Shown one piece after another: positions 19,282 to 21,111 of a stretch of 21,111 bases of DNA. The stretch spans positions 3,683,854 to 3,704,964 of the forward strand of contig NW_019091361.1 in NCBI RefSeq assembly GCF_001949145.1. The letters are read 5' to 3'. The notes under the pieces are model-generated. The model saw nothing but the letters and a program-made list of their open reading frames with translations, was not told the origin of the DNA and did not search any database. Both the position numbers and the translations under genes were made by a program. Numbering within the stretch: position 1 is the stretch's first letter; each line of letters begins with the position of its first letter. Source of the DNA: Acanthaster planci (Eukaryota).

Positions 19282-21111
19282 CCCCAGTTGCAGGAAAATT
19301 GTGTGTGGGGGTTTATAAGGAAGGGGCGTAACAAGTCGCACTACACGTATGTTTCACCCCCATTCAACGTGTGAAAATTAACGACTTCGACCGTGGGAGA
19401 CGGTTACTTGAACCACGGCCGGACCCTCGTGAACCATACGGAAATGTCCTTAGCAACTTGCCAATCCTCTGTTGAGCCTTCTCGTTTTGAAGACTTCTTT
19501 GCACAAAGTTAATAAACGGAGTGAAACTCTTTGTATGTGCCCCAGACAGAAGGCTTAAATCGAATAAAACACTACAGCATTGGGAAAAGAGTTTGAAAAG
19601 TTTGAAATTTATCCTCAAAGTTGTTGCTAAGATGATAAATTATGTTCATTTTCAATCGATCACTTCGTCTTTTTCCACAAAGTTTCTTAATTTTAGATGC
19701 TCTCCCAAAACAGTGAGACACTGCATACGACAGGCCAGAATCTCAACCACACGGTACAATGTAGTTCTATGTACATGCAGCTATATATTTTGGTTCGACT
19801 TCCATGAGTTATATTTGATACTTCTGCGCAGGGCGATCTGTCCGTGTTTTATATGCTCAAAACCGATCCAGTATACTGCGGGTTGTTACCGCGGCGTACA
19901 AGTGCATGTACAGGTGCAAGGAAATTCTTGACCGTTGGAGCAAGTGTACATGTACATGTTTGTGTGGTTCATGCTCGCACAGTACATGTAAAACTCAGGA
20001 TATATTTAGTTGTTAACCGTAGTAAAAGTAAAGAAACTGAAACCTGTCAAGCCAGTTCATATTCTGTTTAATGTGTTCTTCAAAGTTAATTACCGTTGCA
20101 GGTTGAAGCATATCAAGGTTCAGCATTAATTTCACGTCAAGTTTGCAATCGTATTCGGGGGTTGCAAACTGTAGCCTACTTTCATTTTGAGTACATTTTA
20201 TACTTTATGAATTTTAAACTTCAGAACTATTCTTTGGGATCAAAAATGTCATTTCCATCACCATTTTCCCTTATTATTGGCTCTAAATCATTGCTGGTTT
20301 TAGTCTCATTCGAACCTGTCTGGTAGCGAATGTTTTTAATGTTGAAAGTGTTGACTTATGAAGTAGTACTGATATTTAAAATTTCATAATTATAAATCCG
20401 AAACGAAGGCAGGGAAAGGAAGTATTCCTGGGTTTTTGCGTCTTGTTGGCGTGAACTAGAGAGGTTTGAAAAGTAAAAATAACTAACCTTCCTGATTTCA
20501 ATGTTTCATGTGGTTATAAAGAAAAATGGTTAAATTTACAAAACTGAAACCTATTACATCTGTTATTTATAGTCAACACAGATTCCGGAGTTTGTTTGTT
20601 TGAAAAGCTTATAACCGATGTAACGAAAATTCAGTCTGATTCGATTGCAGTTTGTGTTCATATTCTGGGGTTTACTGTATTTCATTTTCTGGTATGCTAT
20701 GTACTCTTTTCGTATTTGTTCACTTTCAGAAATGTTCTTGTGCACTCACAAATAGTTTTTGCACCTAAGTTTTCCGTTGCTATTAGCCTTCATTTATTAC
20801 TGTTCTTAGTCTCAATAAAACGTGTCGGTTAACATATTTCTCTTAAAATGTTTGAACATTGGTTCACCTCAGCGTTATTAGTCAGCGAAGGGTCTCCGTT
20901 TTAATTAATTTTAAGGATCCACGAAATGAGGTTTACTTGGAAGCACTTTTAGTGTATCTCTGCACTCTTCTTTGATGTATGAAGACTGTTTGACATCCTT
21001 TTTGAGTTGCATGAGTTACACAATAAAAACATTTACAATTGACCGAGCATTTGCAACATTGAGATTGCCTTCAGTGCAATCACAGGTTTCCTTATGAATG
21101 TGCAAATTGCA

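Noticed and set aside
19364..20071. ORFs of 75-136 aa on both strands
   Set aside because: No recognisable domains, alternative start codons, and partly TACATG low-complexity sequence.

Overview
AT-rich, intron-containing animal genomic DNA. Recurrent TAGGCCTA and TACATG motifs and the repeat types suggest a marine invertebrate, possibly an echinoderm; this is inference only. The main feature is a complete + strand gamma-glutamyltranspeptidase (GGT, Ntn-hydrolase) family gene of 11 exons at 5757-14222. It splices to 1899 nt (632 aa plus stop) with compatible phases and no internal stop, and encodes an N-terminal type II membrane anchor. The fold motifs are intact but the active site is remodelled relative to human GGT1: nucleophile Thr381->Ser, Thr399->Ser, Arg107->Thr, Asn401->Gly, Glu420->His, Asp422/Asp423->Ser/Asn and Ser452->Thr, with the Gly-Gly oxyanion hole kept. 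The lid loop is shorter and a ~37-aa insertion precedes the autocleavage site. This points to a new-specificity enzyme or a pseudoenzyme. The window also holds a probable GC-AG intron, uORFs, a minimal Penelope-type hammerhead ribozyme (minus strand, 3271-3309), several MITEs (one nested pair, one hAT with a perfect 8-bp TSD), a LINE fragment, a ~155-bp inverted repeat pair bracketing ~4.1 kb, a 31-bp minisatellite and a 215-N assembly gap. All alignments were made by eye and human GGT1 numbering is from memory.
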